A DNA stretch of 39,597 nucleotides, taken from NCBI GenBank assembly GCA_964016885.1, contig CAXHJY010000030.1, forward strand, positions 1-39,597, in the 5' to 3' direction. Source of the stretch: Eledone cirrhosa. Taxonomy: Eukaryota. The notes beneath the pieces are model-generated. The model saw only the letters and a list, made by a program, of their open reading frames with translations. It was not told where the DNA came from and searched no databases. Shown in pieces: positions 25,490-39,370 of this stretch (its first letter is position 1; every line of letters begins with the position of its first letter). A program made the translations under genes and the position numbers.

Positions 25490-28400
25490 CGCCAGACGCT
25501 CAACTCTCCGCCCATCCGATTCATGATCTCTTCTGCTTCTGCCTCATTCCCTCTGTTCCGCCAGACGTTCAGAATCTCCGACAATCGGATTCATGATCTC
25601 GCCTGCTTCTGGCTCTTTCCCTCTATTCCGCCAGATGCTCAGCTCTCCGACAGTCCGATTAATGATCTGTCCTGCTGCTGTCTCTTTCCCTCTGTTCCAC
25701 CAGAGGTTAAGTTCTCCGACCATCCGATTCATGATCTCTCCTTCTTCTGACTCTTTCCCTCTAATCCGCTAGACGTTCAGTTCTCCGACTATCTGATTTA
25801 TGATCTCTCCTTCTGTCACTTTACCTCTGTTCCGCCAGATACTCAGCTCTCCGACCGTCCGATTAATGATCTGTCCTGCTTCTGTCTCTTTCACCCTGTT
25901 CCCCCTGATGTTCAGCTCTCCGCCCATCCGATTCATGATCTCTTCTGCTTCTGCCTCACTCCCTCTGTTCTGCCAGACATTCAGAATCTCCGACCATCCG
26001 ATTCATGATCTCGCCTACTTCTGGCTCTTTCCCTCTATTCCGCCAGACGCTCAGCTGTCCGACCATCCGATTCATGATCACTCCTGCTTCTCTCTCTTTC
26101 CCTCTGTCCCGCCAGAAGTTCATTTCTCCGACCATACGATTCAAGATCTCTTCCTCTTCTGTCTATTTCCCTCTCTTCCACCAGAGGTTCAGTTCTCAGA
26201 CCATCCGATTCATGATCTCTCCTTCTTCTGTCTCTTTCCCTCTGTTCCCCCTGATGTTCAGCTCTCCGCCCATCCGATTCATGATCTCTTCTGCTTCTGC
26301 CTCATTCCCTCTGTTCCGCAAGACATTCAGAATATCCGACCATCCGATTCATGATCTCGCCTACTTCTGGCTCTTTCCCTCTATTCCGCCAGACGCTCAG
26401 CTCTCCGACCATCCGATTCATGATCACTCCTGCTTCTGTCTCTTTCCCTCTGTCCCGCCAGATGTTCATATCTCCGACCATCCGATTCAAGATCACTTCC
26501 TCTTCTGTCTATTTCCCTCTGTTCCACCAGAGGTTCAGTTCTCCGACCATCCGATTCAGGATCTCTCCTGCTTCTGTCTCTTTGCATCTGTTCCCTCAGA
26601 TGCTCATCTCTCCGACCATCCGATTCATAATCTCTCCAGCTTCTGTCTCTTTCCGTCTGTTCCGCCAGATGTTCAGCTCTCCGACAATCCGATTCATGAT
26701 CTCTTCTGCTTCTGCCTCTTTCCCTCTGTTCCGCTAGACGTTCAGATTCTACGGCCATCCGATTAAGGATTTCACCTGCTTCTGTCTCTTTCCCTCTGTT
26801 CCGCCAGATGCTCAGCTCTCCGACCATCCGATTCATGATCTCTACTGCTTCAGTCTCTTTCCTTCTGTCCCGCCAGATGTTCAGATCTCCGACCATCCGA
26901 TTCATGATCTCTCCTTCTTCTGACTCTTTCCCTGTATTCCGCCAGACGCTCAACTCTCCGCCCATCCGATTCATGATCTCTTCTGCTTCTGCCTCATTCC
27001 CTCTGTTCCGCCAGACGTTCAGAATCTCCGACAATCGGATTCATGATCTCGCCTGCTTCTGGCTCTTTCCCTCTATTCCGCCAGATGCTCAGCTCTCCGA
27101 CAGTCCGATTAATGATCTGTCCTGCTGCTGTCTCTTTCCCTCTGTTCCACCAGAGGTTAAGTTCTCCGACCATCCGATTCATGATCTCTCCTTCTTCTGA
27201 CTCTTTCCCTCTAATCCGCTAGACGTTCAGTTCTCCGACTATCTGATTTATGATCTCTCCTTCTGTCACTTTACCTCTGTTCCGCCAGATACTCAGCTCT
27301 CCGACCGTCCGATTAATGATCTGTCCTGCTTCTGTCTTTTTCACCCTGTTCCCCCTGATGTTCAGCTCTCCGCCCATCCGATTCATGATCTCTTCTGCTT
27401 CTGCCTCACTCCCTCTGTTCTGCCAGACATTCAGAATCTCCGACCATCCGATTCATGATCTCGCCTACTTCTGGCTCTTTCCCTCTATTCCGCCAGACGC
27501 TCAGCTGTCCGACCATCCGATTCATGATCACTCCTGCTTCTCTCTCTTTCCCTCTGTCCCGCCAGAAGTTCATTTCTCCGACCATACGATTCAAGATCTC
27601 TTCCTCTTCTGTCTATTTCCCTCTCTTCCACCAGAGGTTCAGTTCTCAGACCATCCGATTCATGATCTCTCCTTCTTCTGTCTCTTTCCCTCTGTTCCCC
27701 CTGATGTTCAGCTCTCCGCCCATCCGATTCATGATCTCTTCTGCTTCTGCCTCATTCCCTCTGTTCCGCAAGACATTCAGAATATCCGACCATCCGATTC
27801 ATGATCTCGCCTACTTCTGGCTCTTTCCCTCTATTCCGCCAGACGCTCAGCTCTCCGACCATCCGATTCATGATCACTCCTGCTTCTGTCTCTTTCCCTC
27901 TGTCCCGCCAGATGTTCATATCTCCGACCATCCGATTCAAGATCACTTCCTCTTCTGTCTATTTCCCTCTGTTCCACCAGAGGTTCAGTTCTCCGACCAT
28001 CCGATTCAGGATCTCTCCTGCTTCTGTCTCTTTGCATCTGTTCCCTCAGATGCTCATCTCTCCGACCATCCGATTCATAATCTCTCCAGCTTCTGTCTCT
28101 TTCCGTCTGTTCCGCCAGACGTTCAGAATCTCCGACAATCGGATTCATGATCTCGCCTGCTTCTGGCTCTTTCCCTCTATTCCGCCAGATGCTCAGCTCT
28201 CCGACAGTCCGATTAATGATCTGTCCTGCTGCTGTCTCTTTCCCTCTGTTCCACCAGAGGTTAAGTTCTCCGACCATCCGATTCATGATCTCTCCTTCTT
28301 CTGACTCTTTCCCTCTAATCCGCTAGACGTTCAGTTCTCCGACTATCTGATTTATGATCTCTCCTTCTGTCACTTTACCTCTGTTCCGCCAGATACTCAG

Positions 28401-29350
28401 CTCTCCGACCGTCCGATTAATGATCTGTCCTGCTTCTGTCTCTTTCACCCTGTTCCCCCTGATGTTCAGCTCTCCGCCCATCCGATTCATGATCTCTTCT
28501 GCTTCTGCCTCACTCCCTCTGTTCTGCCAGACATTCAGAATCTCCGACCATCCGATTCATGATCTCGCCTACTTCTGGCTCTTTCCCTCTATTCCGCCAG
28601 ACGCTCAGCTGTCCGACCATCCGATTCATGATCACTCCTGCTTCTCTCTCTTTCCCTCTGTCCCGCCAGAAGTTCATTTCTCCGACCATACGATTCAAGA
28701 TCTCTTCCTCTTCTGTCTATTTCCCTCTCTTCCACCAGAGGTTCAGTTCTCAGACCATCCGATTCATGATCTCTCCTTCTTCTGTCTCTTTCCCTCTGTT
28801 CCCCCTGATGTTCAGCTCTCCGCCCATCCGATTCATGATCTCTTCTGCTTCTGCCTCATTCCCTCTGTTCCGCAAGACATTCAGAATATCCGACCATCCG
28901 ATTCATGATCTCGCCTACTTCTGGCTCTTTCCCTCTATTCCGCCAGACGCTCAGCTCTCCGACCATCCGATTCATGATCACTCCTGCTTCTGTCTCTTTC
29001 CCTCTGTCCCGCCAGATGTTCATATCTCCGACCATCCGATTCAAGATCACTTCCTCTTCTGTCTATTTCCCTCTGTTCCACCAGAGGTTCAGTTCTCCGA
29101 CCATCCGATTCAGGATCTCTCCTGCTTCTGTCTCTTTGCATCTGTTCCCTCAGATGCTCATCTCTCCGACCATCCGATTCATAATCTCTCCAGCTTCTGT
29201 CTCTTTCCGTCTGTTCCGCCAGATGTTCAGCTCTCCGACAATCCGATTCATGATCTCTTCTGCTTCTGCCTCTTTCCCTCTGTTCCGCTAGACGTTCAGA
29301 TTCTACGGCCATCCGATTAAGGATTTCACCTGCTTCTGTCTCTTTCCCTC
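25490..29350. repeat. Higher-order repeat block, periods 1450 bp (21-mer) and 1104 bp (16-mer)
   Basis: Near-identical ORFs start at 25800/27250/28354, 26005/27455/28559 and 26351/27801/28905. Confidence 0.9.
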
Positions 29351-32300
29351 TGTTCCGCCAGAGGCTCAGCACTCCGACCATCCGATTCATGATCTCGCAG
29401 GCTTCTGGCTCTTTCCCTTTATTTCGCCAGATGCTCAGCTCTCCGACCATCCGATTCATGATCTCTACTGCTTCAGTCTCTTTCCTTCTGTCCCGCCAGA
29501 TGTTCAGATCTCCGACCATCCGATTCATGATCTCTCCTTCTTCTGTATCTTTCCCTCTGTTCCGCAAGCGCGCAGATCTCCAACCATCCGATTCATGATA
29601 TCTCCTTCTTCTGACTCTTTCCCTGTATTCCGCCAGACGCTCAACTCTCCGACCATCCGAATCATGATCTCTCGTGCTTCTGTCTATTTCCCTCTGTTCC
29701 ACCAGACGCTCAAATCTCCGAACATCCGATACATGATCTCTCCTTCTTCTGTCTATTTCCCTCTATTCCACCAGAGCTTCAGTTCTCCGACCATCCGATT
29801 CATGATCTCTTCTGCTTCTGCCTCACTCCCTCTGTTCTGCCAGACATTCAGAATCTCCGACCATCCGATTCATGATCTCGCCTACTTCTGGCTCTATTTC
29901 CTCTATTTCCCTCTGTTCCACCAGGGGTTCAGTTCTCAGACCATCCGATTCATGATCTGTCCTGCTTCAGTCTCTTTCCCACTGTCCCGCCATATGCTCG
30001 TTCTCCGACCATCCTATTCATGATCTCTCCTTCTTCTGTCTCTCCCTCTGTTCTGCCAGACGCGAAGCACTCCGTCCTTCCGATTCATGATCTCTCCTTC
30101 TATCTTTTTCCCTCTGTTCCACCAGACATTCAGTTCTCCGACCATCGTATTCATGATCTCTTCTTCTGTCTCTTTCCATCTGTTCTGCCAGACACGCAGC
30201 AGTCCGTCCAAACGATTCATGATCTATCCTTCTTCTATCTTTTTCCCTCTCTTCTGCCAGACGCTCAGCTCTCCGACCATCCGATTCATGATTTCTGCTT
30301 CTTCTGTCTCTTTCCCTCTCTTCCTCCAGACGTTCAGTTCTCCGACCATCCGATTCATGATCTCTCCTGCTTCTGTCTATTTCCCTCTGTTCCACTAGAC
30401 GTTCAGTGCTCCGACGATCCGATTCATAATCTATACTTATTCCATCTCTTTCCCTCTGTTCCGCCAGACGCTCAGCTCTCCGACCAGCCCATTCATGATC
30501 TGTTCTGCTTCTGACTCTTACACTATGGTCCGCCGGACCTTCAACTCACCGACTATCCGATTCATGATCTCTCCTACTTCGGTCTATTTCCCTCTGTTCC
30601 ACCAGACGTTCAGTGCTCCGACGATCCGATTCATGATCTCTCCTTCTTCTGTCTCTTTCCCTCTGCTCCGCCTGACGTTCACCTCCCCGACCACCCCATA
30701 TATGATCTCCTTCTTCTATCTCTTTCCCTCTGTTCGATATGACGTTCAGTTCTCCGACCTTCCGCTTCATGATCTCTCCTTCTTCTGTCTCTTTCCCTCT
30801 GTTCCGCCTGACGTTCTGTTCTCCGACCATCCTATTCATGATCTCTGCTACTTCTGCCTCTTTCCCTCCGTTCCGCCAGATGCTCAAATCTCCAACCATC
30901 CGATTAATGATCTCTTCTGCTTCAGTCTCTTTCCCTCTGTTCCGCCAGATGCTCAACTCTCCGACCATCCTATTCATGATCTCTCCTTCTTCTCTCTCTT
31001 TCCCTCTGTTCTGCAAGACGCGCAGCACTCCGTCCATATCGATTTATCATCTCTTCTTCTTCTGTCTCTTCCTTCTGTACCGCCACACGAACAGCATTCC
31101 GACCATCCGTTTCATGATCTCTTCTTCTTCGGGCTCTTACCTTCTGTTCCACCAGACGTTCAATTCTCCGACCATCAGATTCATGATCTCTACTGCTTTT
31201 GTCTCTTTCCCTGTGTTCCGCCACACGTTCAGTTCTCCGACCATCCGATTCATGATCTCTCCTGCTTCTGTCTCTTTCCCTGTGTTGGACATGACGTTCA
31301 GTTCTCAGACCATCCACTTCATGATTTCTACTGCTTATGTCTCTTTCCCTCTCTTCCCCATGACGTTCAGTTCACCAACCATCCTATTCATGATCACTCC
31401 TGATTCTGTCTCTTTCCATCTGTTCCGGCAGATGCGCAGTTCTCTGATCATCGGATTCATGATCTCTGCTGCTTCTGTCTCTTTCCCTCCGTTCCGCAAA
31501 ACGTTCAGTTCTCCGATCATCCGATTCATGATCTTTCTTGCATCAGGGTCTTTACCTCTGTTCCGCCAGAAGATCAGCTCTCCAACCACCTTATTCATGA
31601 TCTCTACTTCTTCTGTCTCTTTCCCTCTGGTCCGCCTGACATTCAGTTCTCCGACCATTCGATTAATGATTTCTCCTTCTGTCTCGTTCCCTCTCTTCCG
31701 CCTGACGATCAGCTCTCCGACTATCCGATTCATGATCTCTCCTACTTCAGTCTCTTTCCCTCTGTTCCGCCTGACGTTCAGCTCTCCGACCATCCGATTA
31801 ATGATCTCTCCTGTTTCAGTCTCTTTCCTTCTGTACCGCCAGACGTTCAGTTTTCCGACCATCTGATTTATGATCTCTCCTTCTGTCTCTTTACCTCTGT
31901 CCCGCCAGATGTTCGGTCTCCGACCATCGTATTCATGATCTCTCCTTCTTCTGTCTCTTTCCTTCTGTTCTGCCAGACGCGCAGCAATCCGTCCAACCGA
32001 TTCATGATCTCTCCTGCTTCTATCTCTTTCCCTCTCTTCTGCCAGAGGCTCAGCCCTCCAACCATCCGTTTCATGATTTCTGCTCTTATGTCTCTTTCCC
32101 TCTCTTCCACCAGACGTTCAGTTCTCCGACTATCCGATTCATGATCTCTCCTGCTTCTGACGCTTTCCCTCTGTTCCGCCAGATGCTCAGCTCTCCGCCC
32201 ATCCGTTTCCTGAATTCTCCTTCTGTCTCTTTCCCTCTGTTCCGCCAGACGCTCAGTTCTCCGACCAGCCCATTCTTGATCTGTTCTGCTTCTGTCTCTT

Positions 32301-35300
32301 TCACTCTGTTCCACCAGAGGTTCAGTTCTGCGACCATCCGATTCATGATCTCTTCTTCTTCTGTCTATTTCCCTCTGTTCCACCAGACGTTCAGTGCTCC
32401 GACGATCCGATGCATGATCTCTCCTGATTCTGACTCTTTTCTCTGTTTCGCCAGACGTTCAGTTGTCCGAACATCCGATTCAAGATCTCTCATGCTTCTG
32501 TCTCTTTCCCTCTCTTCTGCCAGACGCTCAGCTCTCCCACCATCCGATTCATGATCTCACCTCCTTCTGTCTCTTTCCCTCTGTTCCGCCAGACGCTCAA
32601 ATCTCCGACCATCCGAATAGAGATCTCTCCTGCTTCTGTCTCTTTCCCTCTGTTCCGCCTGACGTTCAATTCTCCGACCATCCGATTCAGCATCTCTCAT
32701 TCTTCTGTCTCTTTCCCTCTGTTCTGCCAGACGCGCATCTCTCCGAGCATCCGATTCATGAACTCCCCTTTGTCCGTCGCTTTCACACTGTCTGTCGCTC
32801 TGTACCGCCTGACGTTCAGTTCTCCTACCATCCTATTCATGATCTCCCCTGCTTCTGTCTCTTTCCATCTCTTCCGGCAGATGCTCAGTACTCCAACCAT
32901 CCGATTCATGATCTCTCCTGCTTCTGTCTCTTTCCCTCTGTTCCCCCAGACGCGCAGCTCTCCGACCATCCGATCCATGATATCCCCTTCTTCTGTCTCT
33001 TTCTCTCTGTTACGCAAGACGCTCAATCTCCGTCCATCCGATTCATGATCTCTTCTGCTTCTGTGTATTTCCCTCTGTTTCGCCAGACGCTCAGCTCTCC
33101 GACCATCCGATTCATGATCTCACCTGCTTATGTCTCTTTCCCTCTGTTCAGCCAGACGCTCAGCCTCCGACCATCCGATTCATGATCTCTCCTGCTTCTG
33201 CCTCTCTCCTTCTGTCCCGCCAGATGTTCAGCTCTCCGACCATCCGATTCATGATCCTCCTTCTTCTGCCTCTTTCCCTCTGTTACACCAGACGTTCAGT
33301 TCTCCGACCATCCACTTCATGATCTCTCCTGCTTCTGTCTCTTTCCATCTGTTCCCTAAAATACTCAGCTCTCCGACCATCCGATTCATATCTCCTGTTG
33401 CTGCCTCTTTCCCTCTGTTTCGCCAGATATTCAGTTCTCCGAACAGCCGATTCATGATCTCTCCTGATTCTGTCTCGTGTCCTATCTTCCCCGAGACGCG
33501 CAGATCTCCGACCATCCGATTCATGATCTCCCCTTCTTCTGTCTCTTTCTCTCTGTTTCGCAAGTCGCTCAGCTCTCCGTCCATCCGATGCATATCTCCT
33601 GCATCTGTCTCTTTCCTTCTGTTCCGCCAGCCGCTCAGATCTCCGACAATCTGATTCATGATCTCTCCTTCTTCTCTCTCTTTCCCTTTGTTCCACCAGA
33701 CGCGAGGTTCTCCGACCATACGATACATGATCTTTCCTTTTCTGTCACTTCCCTCTGTTCCGCCAGACGCTTAGCCCTCCGACCATCCGAATAGAGATCT
33801 CTCCTGTTTCTGACGCTTTCCCTCTGTTCCGATAGACGGTCAGCTCTCCGACCATCCGATTCATGATCTATTCTGCTTCTGTCTCTTTCCCTCTATTCCC
33901 CAAGTCGCTCAATTCTCCGACCATCCAATTCATGATCTCTCCTGCCTCTGCTTCTTTCCCTCTGTTCCGCCAGACGCGCAGCTCCTCGACCATCCGAATA
34001 GAGATCTCTTCTGCTTCTGTCTCTTTCACTCTCTTCTGCCAGACGCACAGTTCTCCGACCATCTGATTCATGACATCTCCTGCTTCTGTTTCTTTCCTTC
34101 TGTTCCGCCAGACGCTCCGCTCTCCGACCATCCGAATAGAGATCTCTCCTGCTTCTGTCTCTTTCTATCTGTTCCACCAGATGCTCAGGTCTCTGACCTT
34201 CCGATTCATGTTCTCTCATACTTCTGACTCTTTCCCTCTGTTCCGCCATACGCTCAGATCTCCGACTATCCGATTCGTGATCTCTCCTGCTTCTGTCTCT
34301 TTCTCTCTGTTCCGCCTGACGTTTAATTCTCCGACCATCCGATTCAGGATCTGTCCTGATTCTGTCTCGTGCCCTATCTTCCCCCAGACGCGCAGTACTC
34401 CGACCATCCGATTCATGATCTCTCCTGCTTCTGCCTCTTTCCCTCTGTTCCACCAGAGGTTCAGTTCTCCGACCATCCGATTCAGGATCTCTCTTTCTTC
34501 TGTCTCTTTCCCTCTGTTCTGCCAGACGCACATCTCTCCGACCATCAGATTCATGATCTCTCCTGCTTCTGTCTCTTTCCATTTGTTCCCTCAAATGCTC
34601 AGCTCTCCAACCATCCGATTCATGATATCTCCTGTTGCTGCCTCATTCCCTCTGTTCCGCCTGACATTCAGATTTCCGACCATCCGACTCATGATTTCTG
34701 CTGCTTCTGCCTCTTTCCCTCCGTTCCGCCAGACGTTCAGCTCTCCGACCATCCGATTCATGATCTTTCCTGCTTCTGGCTCTTTCCCTCTGTTCCACCA
34801 GACATTCAGTTATCCGGCCATCCGCTCCATGATCTCTCCTGCTTCTGTCTCTTTCACTTTGTTCTGCCACACGCTCAAACCTCCGACCATCCGATACATG
34901 ATCTCCCCTTCTTCTGTGTATTTCCCTCTGTTTCGCCAGACGCTCAGCTCTCCGGCCATCCGATTCATGATCTCACCTGCTTATGTCACTTTCCCTCTGT
35001 TCCGCCAGACGCTCAGCTCTCCGACCATCCGATTCATGATCTCTCCTGCTTCTGCCTCTCTCCCTCTGTTCCGCCAGATATTCAGCTCTCCGACTATCCG
35101 ATAAATGATCTCTCCTGCTTCTGTCTCTTTCACTTTGTTCTGCCACACGCTCTAACCTCCGACCATCCGATACATGATCTCCCCTTCTTCTGCCTATTTC
35201 CCTCTGTTACACCAGACGCTCAGCTCTCCCACCATCCGATTCATGATCTATCCCTCTTCTGTCTCTTTCCCTTTGTTCCACCAGACGTTCAATTCTCCGA

Positions 35301-36744
35301 CCATCCGATTCATGATCTCTCCTGCCTCTTTTCTTTTCCCTCTGTTCCGCCAGACGCGCAGCTCTCCGACCATCCGAATAGAGATCTCTCCTGCTTCTGT
35401 CTCTTTCACTCTCTTCCGCCAGACGCTCAGTTCTCCGACTATCCGATACATGATCTCTCCCGCTTCTGTTTCTTTCCTTCTGTTCCGCCAGACGCTCAGC
35501 TCTCCGACCATCCGATGCATGATCTCTCCTGCTTCTGTCTCATTCCCTCTGTTCCGCCAGACGCTCAGCTCTCCGACCATCCGAATAGAGATCTCTCCTG
35601 CTTCTGTCTCTTATTCTTTGGACAGCCAGACATTCAGCTCTCCGACCATCTGATTCATGATTTCTCCTTCTTCTGTCTCTTTCCTTCTGTTCCGCCAGAC
35701 ACGCAGCTCTCCGAGCTTCCGATGCATGATCTCTCCTGCTTCTGTCTCATTACCTCTGTTCCACCAGAAGCTCAAACCTCCGACCATCCGATTCATTATC
35801 TCTCCTTCTTCTGTCTCTTTCCCTCTGTTCCGCCAGACGCTCAGCTCTCCGACCATCCTATTCAGGATCTCTCATTCTTCTGTCTCTTTCCCTCTGTTCT
35901 GCCAGACACACATCTCTCCGACCATCCGATTTATGAACTCCCCTTCGTCCGTCGCTTTTCCACTGTTCCGCCAGACGCTCAGCACTCCGACCATCCGAAT
36001 AGAGATCTCTCCTGTTTCTGACGCTTTCCCTCTGTTCCGATAGACGGTCAGCTCTCCGACCATCCGATTAATGATCTATTCTGCTTCTGTCTCTTTCCCT
36101 CTATTCCCCCAGTCGCTCAATTCTCCGACCATCCGATTCATGATCTCTCCTGCCTCTGCCTCTTTCCCTCTGTTCCGCCAGACGCGCAGCTCCTCGACCA
36201 TCCGAATAGAGATCTCTTCTGCTTCTGTTTCTTTCACTCTCTTCTGCCAGACGCTCAGTTCTCCGACCATCTGATTCATGACATCTCCTGCTTCTGTTTC
36301 TTTCCTTCTGTTCCGCCAGACGCTCCGCTCTCCGACCATCCGAATAGAGATCTCTCCTGCTTCTGTCTCTTTCTATCTGTTCCACCAGATGCTCAGGTCT
36401 CTGACCTTCCGATTCATGTTCTCTCCTACTTCTGACTCTTTCCCTCTGTTCCGCCATACGCTCAGATCTCCGACTATCCGATTCGTGATCTCTCCTGCTT
36501 CTGTCTCTTTCTCTCTGTTCCGCCTGACGTTCAGTTTTTCGACCTCTGATTCATGATCTCTCCTTCTTCTCTCTCTTTCCCTTTGTTCCACCAGACGCGA
36601 GATTCTCCGACCATCCGATTCATGATCTCTCCTGCTTCTGTCTCTTTCCCTCTGTTCTGCCAGACGCACATATCTCCGACCATCAGATTCATGATCTCTC
36701 CTGCTTCTGTCTCTTTCTCTCTGTTCTGCCAGACGCACATATCT

Positions 36745-39370
36745 CCGACCATCAGATTCATGATCTCTCCTGCTTCTGTCTCTTTCCATCTGTTCCCTCA
36801 AATGCTCAGCCCTCCAACCATCCGATTCATGATATCTCCTGTTGCTGCCTCATCCCCTCTGTTCCGCCTGACATTCAGATTTCCGACCATCCGACTCATG
36901 ATCTCTACTACTTCTACCTCTTTCCCTCCGTTCCGCCAGACGTTCAGCTCTCCGACCATCCGATTCATGATCTTTCCTGCTTCTGGCTCTTTCCCTCTGT
37001 TCCACCAGACATTCAGTTCTCCGACCATCCGCTCCATGATCTCTCCTGCTTCAGTCTCTTTCTATCTGTTCCCTCAAATGCTCAGCCCTCCAACCATCCG
37101 ATTCATGATATCTCCTGTTGCTGCCTCATTCCCTCTGTTCCGCCTGACATTCAGATTTCCGACCATCCGACTCATGATTTCTGCTGCTTCTGCCTCTTTC
37201 CCTCCGTTCCGCCAGACGTTCAGCTCTCCGACCATCCGATTCATGATCTTTCCTGCTTCTGGCTCTTTCCCTCTGTTCCACCAGACATTCAGTTATCCGA
37301 CCATCCGCTCCATGATCTCTCCTGCTTCAGTCTCTTTCCATCTGTTTCCTCAAATGCTCAGCTCTCCAACCATCCGATTCATGATATCTCCTGTTGCTGC
37401 CTCTTTCCCTCTGTTCCGCCAGACGTTCAGCTCTCCGACCATCCGATTCATGATCTTTCCTGCTTCTGGCTCTTTCCCTCTGTTCCGCCAGACACTCAGC
37501 TCTCCGACCATCTTATTCATGATCTCTCCTTCTTCTGTCTCTATCCATCTGTTCCGCCAGACGCTCAGATTTCCGAACATCCGATTCATGATCTCTTCTG
37601 CTTCTGTGTATTTCCCTCTGTTTCGCCAGACGCTCAGCTCTCCGACCATCCTATTCATGATCTCACCTGCTTATGTCACTTTCCCTCTGTTCCGCCAGAC
37701 GCTCAGCTCTCCGACCATCCGATTCATGATCTCTCCTGCTTCTGCCTCTCTCCCTCTGTCCTGCCAGATATTCAGCTCTCCGACTATCCGATAAATGATC
37801 TCTCCTGCTTCTGTCTCTTTCACTTTGTTCTGCCACACGCTCTAACCTCCGACCATCCGATACATGATCTCCCCTTCTTCTGCCTATTTCCCTCTGTTAC
37901 ACCAGACGCTCAGCTCTCCCACCATCCGATTCATGATCTCTCCTTCTTCTGTCTCTTTCCCTCTGTTCCACCAGACGTTCAATTCTCCGACCATCCGATT
38001 CATGATCTCTCCTGCCTCTTTTCTTTTCCCTCTGTTCCGCCAGACGCGCAGCTCTCCGACCATCAGATTCATGATCTCTCCTGCTTCTGTCTCTTTCCAT
38101 CTGTTCCCTCAAATGCTCAGCCCTCCAACCATCCGATTCATGATATCTCCTGTTGCTGCCTCATCCCCTCTGTTCCGCCTGACATTCAGATTTCCGACCA
38201 TCCGACTCATGATCTCTACTACTTCTACCTCTTTCCCTCCGTTCCGCCAGACGTTCAGCTCTCCGACCATCCGATTCATGATCTTTCCTGCTTCTGGCTC
38301 TTTCCCTCTGTTCCACCAGACATTCAGTTCTCCGACCATCCGCTCCATGATCTCTCCTGCTTCAGTCTCTTTCTATCTGTTCCCTCAAATGCTCAGCTCT
38401 CCAACCATCCGATTCATGATATCTCCTGTTGCTGCCTCATTCCCTCTGTTCCGCCTGACATTCAGATTTCCTACCATCCGACTCATGATTTCTGCTGCTT
38501 CTGCCTCTTTCCCTCCGTTCCGCCAGACGTTCAGCTCTCCGACCATCCGATTCATGATCTTTCCTGCTTCTGGCTCTTTCCCTCTGTTCCACCAGACATT
38601 CAGTTATCCGACCATCCGCTCCATGATCTCTCCTGCTTCAGTCTCTTTCCATCTGTTTCCTCAAATGCTCAGCTCTCCAACCATCCGATTCATGATATCT
38701 CCTGTTGCTGCCTCTTTCCCTCTGTTCCGCCAGACGTTCAGCTCTCCGACCATCCGATTCATGATCTTTCCTGCTTCTGGCTCTTTCCCTCTGTTCCGCC
38801 AGACACTCAGCTCTCCGACCATCTTATTCATGATCTCTCCTTCTTCTGTCTCTATCCATCTGTTCCGCCAGACGCTCAGATTTCCGAACATCCGATTTAT
38901 GATCTATTCTGCTTCTGTGCATTTCCCTCTGTTTCGCCAGACGCTCAGCTCTCCGACCATCCTATTCATGATCTCACCTGCTTATGTCCCTTTCCCTCTG
39001 TTCCGCCAGACGCTCAGCTCTCCGACCATCCGATTCATGATCTCTCCTGCTTCTGCCTCTCTCCCTCTGTCCCGCCAGATATTCAGCTCTCCGGACTTAT
39101 CCGATAAATGATCTCTCCTGCTTCTGTCTCTTTCACTTTGTTCTGCCACACGCTCTAACCTCCGACCATCCGATACATGATCTCCCCTTCTTCTGCCTAT
39201 TTCCCTCTGTTACACCAGACGCTCAGCTCTCCCACCATCCGATTCATGATCTCTCCTTCTTCTGTCTCTTTCCCTCTGTTCCACCAGACGTTCAATTCTC
39301 CGACCATCCGATTCATGATCTCTCCTGCCTCTTTTCTTTTCCCTCTGTTCCGCCAGACGCGCAGCTCTCC
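36745..39370. repeat. Higher-order repeat, period ~1311 bp (19-mer), containing an inner 276-bp 4-mer
   Basis: Matching ORFs at 36798/38109 and 37350/38661 (offset 1311) and at 37864/39177 (offset 1313). A 92-aa internal period is visible in ORF 36553..37794. Confidence 0.85.
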